Assembly (NCBI GenBank): GCA_963819655.1
Contig: CAWFXA010000002.1
Location: 1,440,001 to 1,504,000 of the forward strand
DNA length: 64,000 bases
Reading direction: 5' to 3'
DNA from: an uncultured Chloroflexia bacterium
Lineage (GTDB): Bacteria; Chloroflexota; Limnocylindria; Limnocylindrales; CSP1-4
The position numbers were made by a program, and so were the translations under genes. The notes beneath the pieces are model-generated. The model searched no databases and was not told the origin of the DNA. It saw only the letters and a list, made by a program, of their open reading frames with translations. Every line of letters begins with the position of its first letter. The first letter of the stretch is position 1. This document shows, in pieces, positions 11,750 through 21,113 of this stretch.

Positions 11750-11777
11750 AGCATATGCCGCCCTAGTCAGGGGGCAA
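11750..11777 (-). promoter_or_regulatory. Sigma70-like promoter for the 11655 gene
   Basis: TTGCCC-N16-TATGCT on the minus strand. Confidence 0.5.
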
Positions 11778-11829
11778 GCCCTCCGGTGCCGATCGTCAAC
11801 AGAGGCGCGATGCCGGTCACACAGGAGGC

Positions 11830-11906
11830 TGGGGTGGCCTATGGGGCTCGAACCCATAACCTTCGGAGCCACAATCCGATGCTCTGCCGATTGAGCTAAG
11901 GCCACC
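11830..11906 (-). tRNA. tRNA-His (GTG)
   Basis: Cloverleaf with G-1, acceptor stem GTGGCCT/AGGCCAC, anticodon loop TTGTGGC, GGTTCGAG T-loop and encoded CCA. Confidence 0.97.
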
Positions 11907-12018
11907 ACGTTGCCCGGGGCTACGGCGCCGATCTGCGCCATCGGGCCACGGGGCGAACGGGAGTGTATCGGAAACGACGGCGGCCTTGGGAAGACCGCCA
12001 TCGTTGGGGCGGATCCGG

Positions 12019-12918
12019 CTACTCGAACCGGATCGAGTCGATGATCTGTTGGATCTCCTGGTCGAGCTCGGGGCCGGCGCCCTTGAACGTGATGCCGTCG
12101 ATCCAGATGAGTCTTCCATCCACGTCGACGATCCAGACGCGGAACGTCGCGCCGAGCGCCTGAGCCCACCGCCAACCGCCGCTCGCTCCTCCGGTGCTCT
12201 CGTCGTACCAGACGTAGAACTCCTTGGGGTCGCAGTCGATGTCCTCGCGGATCGTGAACACCACGTGCTGCGCGGGTCGCCCGTCAACCATGACGCTCGA
12301 CGGCCCAGCGACAAGGTCGGTCCCGGGGATCGTCGCCACGGCGGCGGCGAGACCCGCCGCTGAGGCAGCCGGCGACGGGTTCAGGGGTGTGTGAGCGCAC
12401 GGATCGGCGTAGACGTTCTCCGGGGCACTCGGCCAGAAGATGATCACGGAGGAGCCGGGCTGCTCGATCTCGCCCTTGACGATCTCGTTGCCGTCGCTCG
12501 TCCATCCCGATGTTGGAACGCTGAACGAAAGCGGAACGCCCTCGCGGACGGCGGTATGCGTGCCAATCGCAACCGGGCCCGGCGGAGGAAAGTCGGCCGT
12601 CGAGGGCTCGGGGGTGGCGGACGGTGATGGCGTCGGTGACGCCGAGGGCGAAGCCGAGGGCGACGACACCCCCACCCCACCGGTCCCTGGCAACAGATTG
12701 ATACCAACGACCGCGACGACCACCACGGCGGCGGCCGCGATCGCGAACTTGGCAAAGGAATTCATGTCGGCGATCCTCCGCGCCGGCCACCAGGCACGGC
12801 GCTGTGGGGTCGCGTCCAGCAGGCCGAGGACGTTCTCGAGGACCCGGTCCGCGCGTTCGTGCTCGTCCGTGCGCAGCCACGACCGGACGATGCGCGTCGT
12901 GTCGAGATCGCTGCTCAT
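12019..12918 (-). CDS. Single-pass membrane protein, putative anti-sigma factor
   Basis: Short cytoplasmic N-terminus, TM helix, Pro/Ser linker, extracellular domain with two Cys; 4-bp overlap with the sigma gene. Confidence 0.65.
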   Translation of the reverse strand: MSSDLDTTRIVRSWLRTDEHERADRVLENVLGLLDATPQRRAWWPARRIADMNSFAKFAIAAAAVVVVAVVGINLLPGTGGVGVSSPSASPSASPTPSPSATPEPSTADFPPPGPVAIGTHTAVREGVPLSFSVPTSGWTSDGNEIVKGEIEQPGSSVIIFWPSAPENVYADPCAHTPLNPSPAASAAGLAAAVATIPGTDLVAGPSSVMVDGRPAQHVVFTIREDIDCDPKEFYVWYDESTGGASGGWRWAQALGATFRVWIVDVDGRLIWIDGITFKGAGPELDQEIQQIIDSIRFE

Positions 12919-13463
12919 CGGGCAACTCCCCGCATCGGCGGTCGCGCATCGGCGTCGAGCGCCGCGCGCAACCCGCGCATCGCGTGATGAAGTCGAGAGT
13001 GGGCCGTCCCGACCGGGATGCCGAGGACGTCGGCTACCCGGTCGAGCGGCAGGTCGAGGTAGTGGTGCAGGACCACCACCGCGCGGTGATCGATGGAGAG
13101 CCGGCTGAAACCACGGTCGAGCTGTTCGCGATCCACGACCGAGCTCAGGTCGCGATCCGTCACGGGCTCGTCCGCCGGCAACAGCCGAAGGTTGGGCGCC
13201 CAGCGTCGCTCCTTCCGGCCCTCGGCATAGCAGGCGCGCACGAGGAGCCGGTACGACCAGGCCTCGAAGCGAGCCGGGTCGCGGAGCTGCGGGAGGTCCT
13301 GCCAGATGGCGAGCAGCGCCTGCTGCGTCGCGTCCTCGGCGAGGTCGATGTCGCGCAGGATCCTGCGCGCCACGGCAAGGAACCGATCGGCGATCTCGGT
13401 GGCGAGGACGGCGTATGCCTCCTTATCACCGTGCTGGGATCGGATCACGAGATCGGTATCCAT
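12915..13463 (-). CDS. ECF RNA polymerase sigma factor
   Basis: AEDATQ, FEAWSYR (region 2); VADVLGIPVGTAHSRLH (region 4). Confidence 0.92.
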   Translation of the reverse strand: MDTDLVIRSQHGDKEAYAVLATEIADRFLAVARRILRDIDLAEDATQQALLAIWQDLPQLRDPARFEAWSYRLLVRACYAEGRKERRWAPNLRLLPADEPVTDRDLSSVVDREQLDRGFSRLSIDHRAVVVLHHYLDLPLDRVADVLGIPVGTAHSRLHHAMRGLRAALDADARPPMRGVAR

Positions 13464-13606
13464 GCCCTTCCGCCTGACGACATCGCTCCGGTGCGATGTC
13501 GATCACACGGTATGGGTCCGTCGAGCGGCTGGAATTGTCAATTCCTGCGGTGGGCAGGTGTAGAGTGCGGCTCCCTCGTCCCAACAACACACTGCGAGGT
13601 GGTCCG

Positions 13607-14548
13607 ATGGCAAGGAAGCCGACGTCGAGCGATGTCGCGCGGACGACCGACCGACCGACGAAACGCTCTCAGCGACACGACGACCGGACGAACGGCACGC
13701 ACGCTGGGCGGCGGAGGAAGGTCCCAGCTTTGTCGGCGGCCGCAAGCCCAGATGTCGCAGTCGTCCCGAAGGCGCCGCTCTCCAACAAGGTCTATCTCCA
13801 GGAGCTCGCCAACCTCCAGATCGAGCTCGTGAAGCTCCAGGAATGGATTCGCTCCGCCGGCCTGAAGATCGTGGTGATCTTCGAGGGTCGTGATGCCGCC
13901 GGGAAGGGTGGGGCCATCAAGCGGGTCACCGAAAGCCTGAGTCCGCGGATCGCGCGCGTCGTGGCACTCCCGGCACCGACCGAACGTGAGCGGACGCAGT
14001 GGTATTTCCAGCGCTACATCGCTCACCTGCCCGCGGCCGGCGAGATGGTCATGTTCGACCGTTCCTGGTACAACCGCGCCGGCGTGGAGCGGGTCATGGG
14101 GTTCTGCACGGAACGCGAATACCGCGAGTTCATGCGGTCGACTCCGGAGTTCGAGCGGATGCTGGTCCGCTCGGGGATCAAGTTGATCAAGTACTGGTTC
14201 TCGGTCAGCGACGCTGAGCAGGAGCGGCGTTTCCGACGTCGGATCGAGGACCCCACCAGGCGCTGGAAGCTGAGTCCTATGGACCTCAAGTCGCGCTCGA
14301 AGTGGGTGGAGTACTCGCGCGCGAAGGACGAGATGTTCCGCTACACGGACATCGCACAGGCGCCCTGGTTCGTCGTCGACTCGGACGACAAGAAGCGGGC
14401 GCGCCTCAACGTGATCAGCCACCTGCTGAGCCAGATCCCCTACAAGGACCTCACGCCAGCGCCGATCAAGCTGCCACGGCGCCAGAAGGACGACAGCTAC
14501 GTCCGACCGCCCATGGCCGATCAGAACTTCGTCCCGACGCGGTATTAG
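13607..14548 (+). CDS. ppk2: Polyphosphate kinase 2
   Basis: FEGRDAAGKGG, WYFQRY, FDRSWYNRAGVERVMG, RWKLSPMD. Confidence 0.95.
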   Translation: MARKPTSSDVARTTDRPTKRSQRHDDRTNGTHAGRRRKVPALSAAASPDVAVVPKAPLSNKVYLQELANLQIELVKLQEWIRSAGLKIVVIFEGRDAAGKGGAIKRVTESLSPRIARVVALPAPTERERTQWYFQRYIAHLPAAGEMVMFDRSWYNRAGVERVMGFCTEREYREFMRSTPEFERMLVRSGIKLIKYWFSVSDAEQERRFRRRIEDPTRRWKLSPMDLKSRSKWVEYSRAKDEMFRYTDIAQAPWFVVDSDDKKRARLNVISHLLSQIPYKDLTPAPIKLPRRQKDDSYVRPPMADQNFVPTRY

Positions 14549-14577
14549 CGCGTTCGGTCAGTCGCGCAGCAACGAGA

Positions 14578-14609
14578 AGGCCGCGCCCGGCGGGCGCGGC
14601 CTCCCTTTT
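14578..14609 (+). terminator. Intrinsic terminator after ppk2
   Basis: aggccgcgccc-ggc-gggcgcggcct followed by cccTTTT. Confidence 0.65.
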
Positions 14610-14640
14610 GTCCTGGTTCGGCGGCGTGTAGCCGCCCGGG

Positions 14641-15750
14641 TCAGTCGGGCTGCTCTCGCTCCGAGCCGGCGTGCGTCGGAGCGGTCCAGGGAGCGACGGA
14701 CCGCAGCAGGCGGACCGCGGCGCTCGTATGGTCCATCGACGCTGCGGCCGCGACCGGCTCGGGCTCCTGCGCGGGCTCGGTTGCCGGCCAGGCCTGGTTG
14801 GCGGCCGCCGCCGGGTCCATCACCGGGACCGGTTCCGCGGTCGGGGACTCGGCAGACTCCTCGGTGGCAGCAGACGACGTCGTTTCGGTGACCGGCGCCT
14901 CGATCTCGGTCATGGCTTCTGACTCGCCTGAGCCGTTCGTGGCGTCGACATCGGTCGTCGGGGCCACGAACTCGGCGACCTCGGGCGACTCGCCGTCGGC
15001 CGCGGCTGCACCGGCGACGATCTCGTCCGCGGGCGTGTCCGCGTCACCTGCGGCGATCGATTCGGCGACCGCGTCGGTTGCGGCGACTGCGTCGGAGCCG
15101 ACGTCGGTGACTGGCTCGGGCTCGGCGAACATCGCGACTGCGCTCGCGCGTGCCTTGGCGCGCACCTGGTCGAGGTCGGGCGGTGCCGGCAGCGCCTCGG
15201 CGCGTGCCACGATCGTCGCAGGATCGCCTGCCTCGGAGAGCTCGGCGAAGAAGGTGTCGAGCGTCTCGCCGTAACCCTTGACGGCCGCGTCGACGCCTTC
15301 GATCTCGGTATCGATGATCGCGTCGTGCTGGCCCAGGTACTCATCGAGGCTTGCCCGCCGATCTTCGATCTTCTGATCGGCTTCAGCGCGGATGCGGTCC
15401 ATCTCGCCGGCAGACCATTCCTCGACGTGCTGGACGTCCTCCTCGGCCAGTCGGCGGAGCTCTTCGGTCTCGATCGCGGCGCGCGACCTGACCTTTTCGA
15501 TGTGGACCGCGGCGTCCTCGGCGACGCGTGCCGCGATGGTCTCCCGCTCGCGCTCGGCGGTCGCGCGCATCGCGCTGGCGAGCTCAGACAGGAAGCCGGG
15601 TCGCAACCCGCCGCTGTCTGACCCCTGCTTTGGCTGGTCGGCGGTCGGCGGATCGGCCCCGGTCACCCCGGGCGATTCCGTCGTCCCGACCACCGACGTG
15701 CCATTGACATGGCCCGCTTCCGGGAAGATGGGATCGTCGTTCTGGTCCAT
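14641..15750 (-). CDS. Hypothetical coiled-coil protein with acidic low-complexity linker (paralog of 18305-19111)
   Basis: Helical Ala/Glu/Arg-rich N-terminal half; C-terminal AVRLLRSVAPWT motif shared with the paralog. Confidence 0.7.
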   Translation of the reverse strand: MDQNDDPIFPEAGHVNGTSVVGTTESPGVTGADPPTADQPKQGSDSGGLRPGFLSELASAMRATAERERETIAARVAEDAAVHIEKVRSRAAIETEELRRLAEEDVQHVEEWSAGEMDRIRAEADQKIEDRRASLDEYLGQHDAIIDTEIEGVDAAVKGYGETLDTFFAELSEAGDPATIVARAEALPAPPDLDQVRAKARASAVAMFAEPEPVTDVGSDAVAATDAVAESIAAGDADTPADEIVAGAAAADGESPEVAEFVAPTTDVDATNGSGESEAMTEIEAPVTETTSSAATEESAESPTAEPVPVMDPAAAANQAWPATEPAQEPEPVAAAASMDHTSAAVRLLRSVAPWTAPTHAGSEREQPD

Positions 15751-15775
15751 TCGTCCTGCCTCGCTGGGCGCACGA

Positions 15776-15805
15776 CCGTACCAAGTCGTCAACGGTTTTG
15801 GCAAC
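15776..15805 (-). promoter_or_regulatory. Sigma70-like promoter
   Basis: TTGCCA-N18-TACGGT; an equivalent site lies upstream of the paralog. Confidence 0.6.
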
Positions 15806-15887
15806 ACCCTACCGGTCTTGTGGCGTCTGGTGTGGTGCAGCGGGGAACCGCCCACCCCCTCGATCCGGCCCGTGACATCATGCCGAC

Positions 15888-17542
15888 ATGGCCCTGAGCG
15901 AACGGGCGGGTAAGCCCGCCGACCCGTCGATCCTCGTCGATGTCGACGCCCTGCTGGCTGCCTATCACGACCGCCGACCCGACCCGTCCGAACCGGCCCA
16001 ACGGGTGGCGTTCGGGACGTCGGGCCATCGCGGCTCGTCGTTGCGCAACGCGTTCAACGAGGCCCACATCCTGGCGACGACCGAGGCGATCTGCCGCTAC
16101 CGCGTGCAGCGCGGCTATGGCGGGTCGTTGTTCATCGGCCGCGACACCCACGCACTGTCCGAACCGGCGACGGCCACCGCCCTCAGCGTGCTCGTCGCAC
16201 GCGGGGTCGATGCCTGCGTCGACGCGGCCGATGGATTCACCCCGACCCCGGCCGTCTCGCACGCCATCCTCGTTGCCAACCGGCCCACGGACAGCTGGCG
16301 CCACCTGGCCGACGGGATCGTCGTGACGCCGTCGCACAACCCACCGGACGACGGTGGGTTCAAGTACAACCCGCCCAACGGCGGTCCCGCCGACACCGAC
16401 GTCACGGGCTGGATCCAGGACGAGGCCAACCGCATCCTCGAGGGGTCCGGTGCCGATGGCGTCGACGGCGTTCCCCGGGCGACCGCCGCCGAGGTCCGTG
16501 ACGGCGTCACGCGGTACGACTTTCTCGGTCGCTACGTCGACGACCTGGCCAGCGTGATCGACATGGATGCCATCCGCGATTCCGGCCTGCGGATCGGTGT
16601 CGACCCGATGGGCGGCGCCTCGGTCGCGTACTGGGGCGCAATCCGCGACCGCTTCGGACTGGACCTGACGGTGACGAACGAAGCCGTCGATCCGCAGTTC
16701 GGTTTCATGACCGTCGACTGGGACGGCAAGATCCGGATGGACCCATCGTCGCCGTACGCGATGGCCCGACTGGTCGGCCTCCGCGACAGGTTCGACATCG
16801 CCCTCGGCAACGACGCCGACGCCGATCGCCACGGCGTCGTCACCCCCGGACGCGGCCTCCTGAACCCGAACCATGTCCTGTCGGCCGCGATCTCGTACCT
16901 GTTCGGCGGGGCGCGCCAGTGGGGGAGCGATGTCGGTGTCGGGAAGACGCTCGTCTCGTCCTCGATGATCGATCGCGTCGTCGCCGACCTGGGTCGCCGG
17001 CTGTACGAGGTGCCGGTCGGATTCAAGTGGTTCGTCGACGGGCTGGTCGACGGAACGATCGGCTTCGGCGGCGAGGAGAGTGCCGGAGCCTCGTTCCTCC
17101 GCCGCGACGGCACGGTGTGGACGACCGACAAGGACGGGATCATCGCCGACCTGCTGGCTGCGAGCTGACCGCCCGGCTGGGTCACGACGTGGGCGAGGCA
17201 TATGCCGGGTTGACCGAGCGCTTCGGCGCGCCGGTCTATCGACGCATCGACGCGCCGGCGACGCCCGAGCAGAAGGCCGCCCTCGCGAAGCTCTCGCCGG
17301 CCGACGTCGGCGCGACCGACCTCGCCGGTGACCCGATCGTCGCGATCCTGACCAAAGCGCCGGGCAACGGCGCCCCGATCGGTGGTCTCAAGGTCACGAC
17401 CGAGTTCGGCTGGTTCGCGGCGCGGCCGTCGGGCACCGAGAACGTGACCAAGGTGTACGCCGAGAGCTTCCGCGACGAGGACCATCTGGGGCGGCTGATC
17501 GAAGAGGCGCAGGCGCTGGTGGCGGCCGCGTCGGGCTCGTGA
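15888..17542 (+). CDS. pgm: Phosphoglucomutase (alpha-D-glucose-1,6-bisphosphate dependent); frameshift near 17163
   Basis: [30 protein letters not shown]; C-terminus RPSGTE..KVYAES continues in another frame. Confidence 0.93.
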
Positions 17543-17561
17543 CGCGGGGGGCCGGCCGCCC

Positions 17562-18260
17562 TCAGCGCCCGAACAGCGGGATCCGCGCCCCGGTGATGGC
17601 TGCGGCCCCGTCCGACGCGAGGTAGCGGAACACGTCGGTGATCTCCTGCGGCGTCGTCCAGGACGCCTTCTTCGGGTCGGTCGCCCGCTCGCCGCCCGTA
17701 TCGATGACCTTGACGATCACGAGGTTCACCGTGACGCCCGTATTCGCCGTCTCGCGCGCGAGGGAGCGGAGCAGCGCCTCCTCGGCCGCCTTACCGATGG
17801 CATAGGGCGCCGTCTTCGCGGTCGGCTCCGACGCGGCCGGTGCCGAGACCGCCATGACCCGACCCCAGCCACGCTCGACCATGCCGGGGACGACCGCCTG
17901 GGTCACGTGGAGCGTGGTCCACAGATGCTGGTCGAGCATCCCGGCGACGTCCGCCGGGTCGAGCTCGGCGATCGGCGTGCCTCCGGTGTAGCCGCCCACG
18001 AGGTGGAGGACGATATCGATCCCGCCAAGAGACGCCTCGGCCGCCGCGAGGGCGTCCCGGGTGGCGTCGCGATCGCGGAGGTCGACCACGACCGGCATCC
18101 ATCGGTCCGCAGGGAGCCCCACGTCGGTGGCCGAGCGCTCGGAGCCTGCCTCGTCGGTGCCGGTCAGGGCGAGGCGGGCACCGTCGTCGGCGAAGCTGCG
18201 CGTCACGACGCGCCCGAGACCGCCTGTGGCACCCGTGACGAGCACCACGCGGTCCGTCAT
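17562..18260 (-). CDS. SDR family oxidoreductase
   Basis: VTGATGGLG Rossmann motif; YAIGK (YxxxK). Confidence 0.88.
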   Translation of the reverse strand: MTDRVVLVTGATGGLGRVVTRSFADDGARLALTGTDEAGSERSATDVGLPADRWMPVVVDLRDRDATRDALAAAEASLGGIDIVLHLVGGYTGGTPIAELDPADVAGMLDQHLWTTLHVTQAVVPGMVERGWGRVMAVSAPAASEPTAKTAPYAIGKAAEEALLRSLARETANTGVTVNLVIVKVIDTGGERATDPKKASWTTPQEITDVFRYLASDGAAAITGARIPLFGR

Positions 18261-18304
18261 GGAAGGACTCACGGATCGAAGTCTGCCACGCTGCCCCGCG
18301 GGGC

Positions 18305-19111
18305 CTAGCTTTGCCGCGCCTCCGCGTCGTCGTCGGTCGGAGAGGCGGACGGTGTCGTCCACGGTGCGATGGCGCGGAACAGGCGGACGGCGCCATTCGC
18401 GATATCGGCCGCCCCAGGCGTCGCAGTCGCCGCGACCACCTCGTCCTCCGGTACCTGTAGCGGATCCACGGCAAGAGCCGGTCGTCCCGCGGCCCCCGGA
18501 TCCATGACCCCGACGCCGGGGTCGGCCGCTGTCGCCGACACCATCTGCGCCGCCGCCACGTCATCGGCGTCCTCGTACGCCGCCACCGCGTTGGCCCGCG
18601 CATCGGCGCGAACCTGGTCGAGTTTCGGCGGCATCGGCACCGACTCGGCGCGGCGCGCGATCTCGGACGGATCGTTCGAGCCGATCAGCTCGTCGATGAA
18701 GCGAGCCAGGCTCGCCGAGTACTCGACCACGGCGGTCTCCACGCCGGCGATCTCGGTCGCGATGATCGCGTGGTGCAGCTCCAGGTATGACGCCAGGTCG
18801 GCGCGGCGCTGCTGCGTTCGGCGCTCGGCCTCTCGGCCGATCCGCTTGATCTCGGTGGCCGACCATGCCTCGATGGCGAGGACGTCCTCGTCGGCCAATC
18901 GGCGCAGCTCGGCGGCCTCGATCACCGCTCGGGCATGTGCTTTCTCGACGTGGTCCTGTGCGTCACCGGCCACCATCTCGGCGATGCGCTCGCGTTCGCG
19001 TGCGGCGGCGCCGTGCATCGCCTGCGCAAGTCCCAAGAGGAAGGATGGGGTCAGTCCCGTGGGCGCATGCCCCTCGTCCGTCCCATCCTCTATAGAAGTC
19101 GTGTGGTCCAT
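18305..19111 (-). CDS. Hypothetical coiled-coil protein (paralog of 14641-15750)
   Basis: Aligns by eye with the paralog (ELRRLA, HxAII.TEI.GV, P.PP.LDQVRA.ARA.AVA, AVRLFRAIAPWT). Confidence 0.7.
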   Translation of the reverse strand: MDHTTSIEDGTDEGHAPTGLTPSFLLGLAQAMHGAAARERERIAEMVAGDAQDHVEKAHARAVIEAAELRRLADEDVLAIEAWSATEIKRIGREAERRTQQRRADLASYLELHHAIIATEIAGVETAVVEYSASLARFIDELIGSNDPSEIARRAESVPMPPKLDQVRADARANAVAAYEDADDVAAAQMVSATAADPGVGVMDPGAAGRPALAVDPLQVPEDEVVAATATPGAADIANGAVRLFRAIAPWTTPSASPTDDDAEARQS

Positions 19112-19134
19112 TCGGGCTACCCCCAAGAGGGCCG

Positions 19135-19163
19135 AACGTACTGCCAGATCTTCCCGATGGCAA
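19135..19163 (-). promoter_or_regulatory. Sigma70-like promoter
   Basis: TTGCCA-N17-TACGTT. Confidence 0.6.
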
Positions 19164-19347
19164 CACGGCCGAGGACGAATGCGGTGCGCGTCGGAAACGG
19201 CCAGGAAGGGTCAGCGCGGTACCTCGGTGGCCTCGCCGATGGGACCTTCGCGCGACAGACCCGACCGGACCCGCCGCCTACGGTGAGGACCACACCGCAA
19301 CCATCGCCGCCGCCCCAGCGACGGCCGCACGGGACCTCGCCGAGCGC

Positions 19348-20196
19348 ATGTCCGACCGACCTCACCGCTTTCGTCTCCGTCCGCTGGCGCTCGCCCTGGC
19401 AGTGGCGACCGCGTCGCTGGTGGGGCTGGCCAACCCCGGGCCGGCGCTGGGATGGGATTCCGGCTCGTACAGCTCCGCCTCGGAACGTGAGCTCATCGCC
19501 TTGACGAACAGGAGCCGGGCGGCCGCCGGACTGCGCGCCCTGAAGGTCGATAGCGCCCTGACCTCGGTCGCTCGCTGGCGGAGCAAGGACATGATCCAGC
19601 GCGACTATTTCAGCCACGACATCCCTGGCTACGGGAACGTCTTCACGAAGCTCGATTCGAAGGGCTATTGCTATCGAGTCGCGGGCGAGAACATCGGCTG
19701 GAACACCTATCCGGACGGTGACGCCACGGCGGCGATCCACAGCATGTTCATGGACTCCTCGGGCCACCGCAAGAACATCCTCGGACGGTCGTGGGAGGCC
19801 ATCGGCATCGGTGCCTACAAGGGCTCCGACGGGAAGAAGATGTGGACGGTGCTGTTCGCGGACAAGTGTGGATCGACCGCGAAGGCCACCCCCAAGCCGG
19901 CCGCCAGGGCGACACCGAAACCCAAGCCCAAGGCCACTCCGAAGCCCACCCCCAAGCCGACACCGAAACCGACCCCGACGCCGACGCCCACACCGACGCC
20001 GGTCCCGACCCCGCCGCCGGACGGGCTGCATCGGCCGGCCGACGACGGCAACGGCACGGGCCAGGGTGGCGGCACCGGCTCGGCACCGGGACAGGCAACG
20101 ACGGCCACGGGCCTGCGGGTCGTCGCGTCGCCGGGACCCGGCGGCCTGCTCGAAGCGATCGTCGGCGACGTGACCGGCCTCTTCTTCGGCGCCTGA
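19348..20196 (+). CDS. Secreted CAP/SCP domain protein with Pro-Thr/Lys linker
   Basis: Signal peptide; RDYFSH, GENIG, SSGHRKNIL; PKPTP repeats. Confidence 0.88.
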   Translation: MSDRPHRFRLRPLALALAVATASLVGLANPGPALGWDSGSYSSASERELIALTNRSRAAAGLRALKVDSALTSVARWRSKDMIQRDYFSHDIPGYGNVFTKLDSKGYCYRVAGENIGWNTYPDGDATAAIHSMFMDSSGHRKNILGRSWEAIGIGAYKGSDGKKMWTVLFADKCGSTAKATPKPAARATPKPKPKATPKPTPKPTPKPTPTPTPTPTPVPTPPPDGLHRPADDGNGTGQGGGTGSAPGQATTATGLRVVASPGPGGLLEAIVGDVTGLFFGA

Positions 20197-20304
20197 TCGA
20201 GGGCGGCTGGTACTAGCGCGATGCGGACCATCGGACGACTGCCCGCGACCACACCGCACCGCTACGGTGCGCTCCGGACCAGGCCACACCCCACCGAGGC
20301 CAGA

Positions 20305-21108
20305 ATGACCGCCCTGCTCACCCGCCTCCTCGATGCGCCCGACAACGGCACACGCGACGGGATCATCCTCGAGGCACGCGACCTGACCAAGGCATACCCG
20401 CTGGGCGAGACCACCGTGCACGCCCTGCGCGGCGTGTCGCTGACCGTGGGTGCGGGCGAGTTCGTCGCGCTCATGGGTCCGTCGGGGAGCGGCAAGAGCA
20501 CGCTCCTCCAGCTGCTGGGCGGTCTCGACCGGCCGTCGAGCGGCGAGGTCGTCCTCGAGGGCGAGATCATCAGCGAGCTGTCCGATGACCGCGCGACCCG
20601 TCTGCGGCGCGACCGGACGGGCTTCGTGTTCCAGTCGTTCAACCTGATCCCGCTGCTGGACGTGACGGAGAACATCGCGTTGCCGTTCACGATCGCCGGG
20701 CTGGATCCGTCACGCGGCGAGATCGCCGGACGGATCCAGGAGGTCATCGCCCTGGTCGACCTGACCGGCAAGGAGCACCACAAGCCCGACCAGCTGTCGG
20801 CTGGCGAGCAGCAGCGCGTGGCCGTCGCCCGGGCCCTCGTGACCCGGCCGGCCTTGCTGTTCGCCGACGAGCCGACGGGCAACCTCGACTACACGACCGG
20901 CACCGAGATCCTCGACGCCCTATGGCGGTCCTGCCAGGAACGCCATCAGACCGTGGTGCTCGTGACGCACGACTCGAAGGCCGCCGCGTACGCCGACCGT
21001 GTGCACGTCGTCGGTGACGGCAAGATCCTCGACACCATCGAGCTCGGCCGGCGTGCCGACCACGACGCGACGGCCCTGATCGCCCGGCTCGCCAGCCTCG
21101 GTCTCTGA
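20305..21108 (+). CDS. ABC transporter ATP-binding protein (LolD/MacB-like)
   Basis: [27 protein letters not shown]. Confidence 0.92.
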   Translation: MTALLTRLLDAPDNGTRDGIILEARDLTKAYPLGETTVHALRGVSLTVGAGEFVALMGPSGSGKSTLLQLLGGLDRPSSGEVVLEGEIISELSDDRATRLRRDRTGFVFQSFNLIPLLDVTENIALPFTIAGLDPSRGEIAGRIQEVIALVDLTGKEHHKPDQLSAGEQQRVAVARALVTRPALLFADEPTGNLDYTTGTEILDALWRSCQERHQTVVLVTHDSKAAAYADRVHVVGDGKILDTIELGRRADHDATALIARLASLGL

Positions 21109-21113
21109 GCCGG

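Noticed and set aside
11132-11830. Genomic island integrated at tRNA-His
   Set aside because: No integrase and no duplicated tRNA 3' end seen in the window.
17150-17170. Programmed frameshift or TGA recoding in pgm (and the other split genes)
   Set aside because: No slippery heptamers seen, and continuation needs a frame change rather than read-through; scattered indels fit sequencing error.
19885-20020. Short tandem DNA repeats in the CAP gene (similar ones at 55640-55810)
   Set aside because: They encode ordinary Pro/Thr/Lys/Glu linkers.
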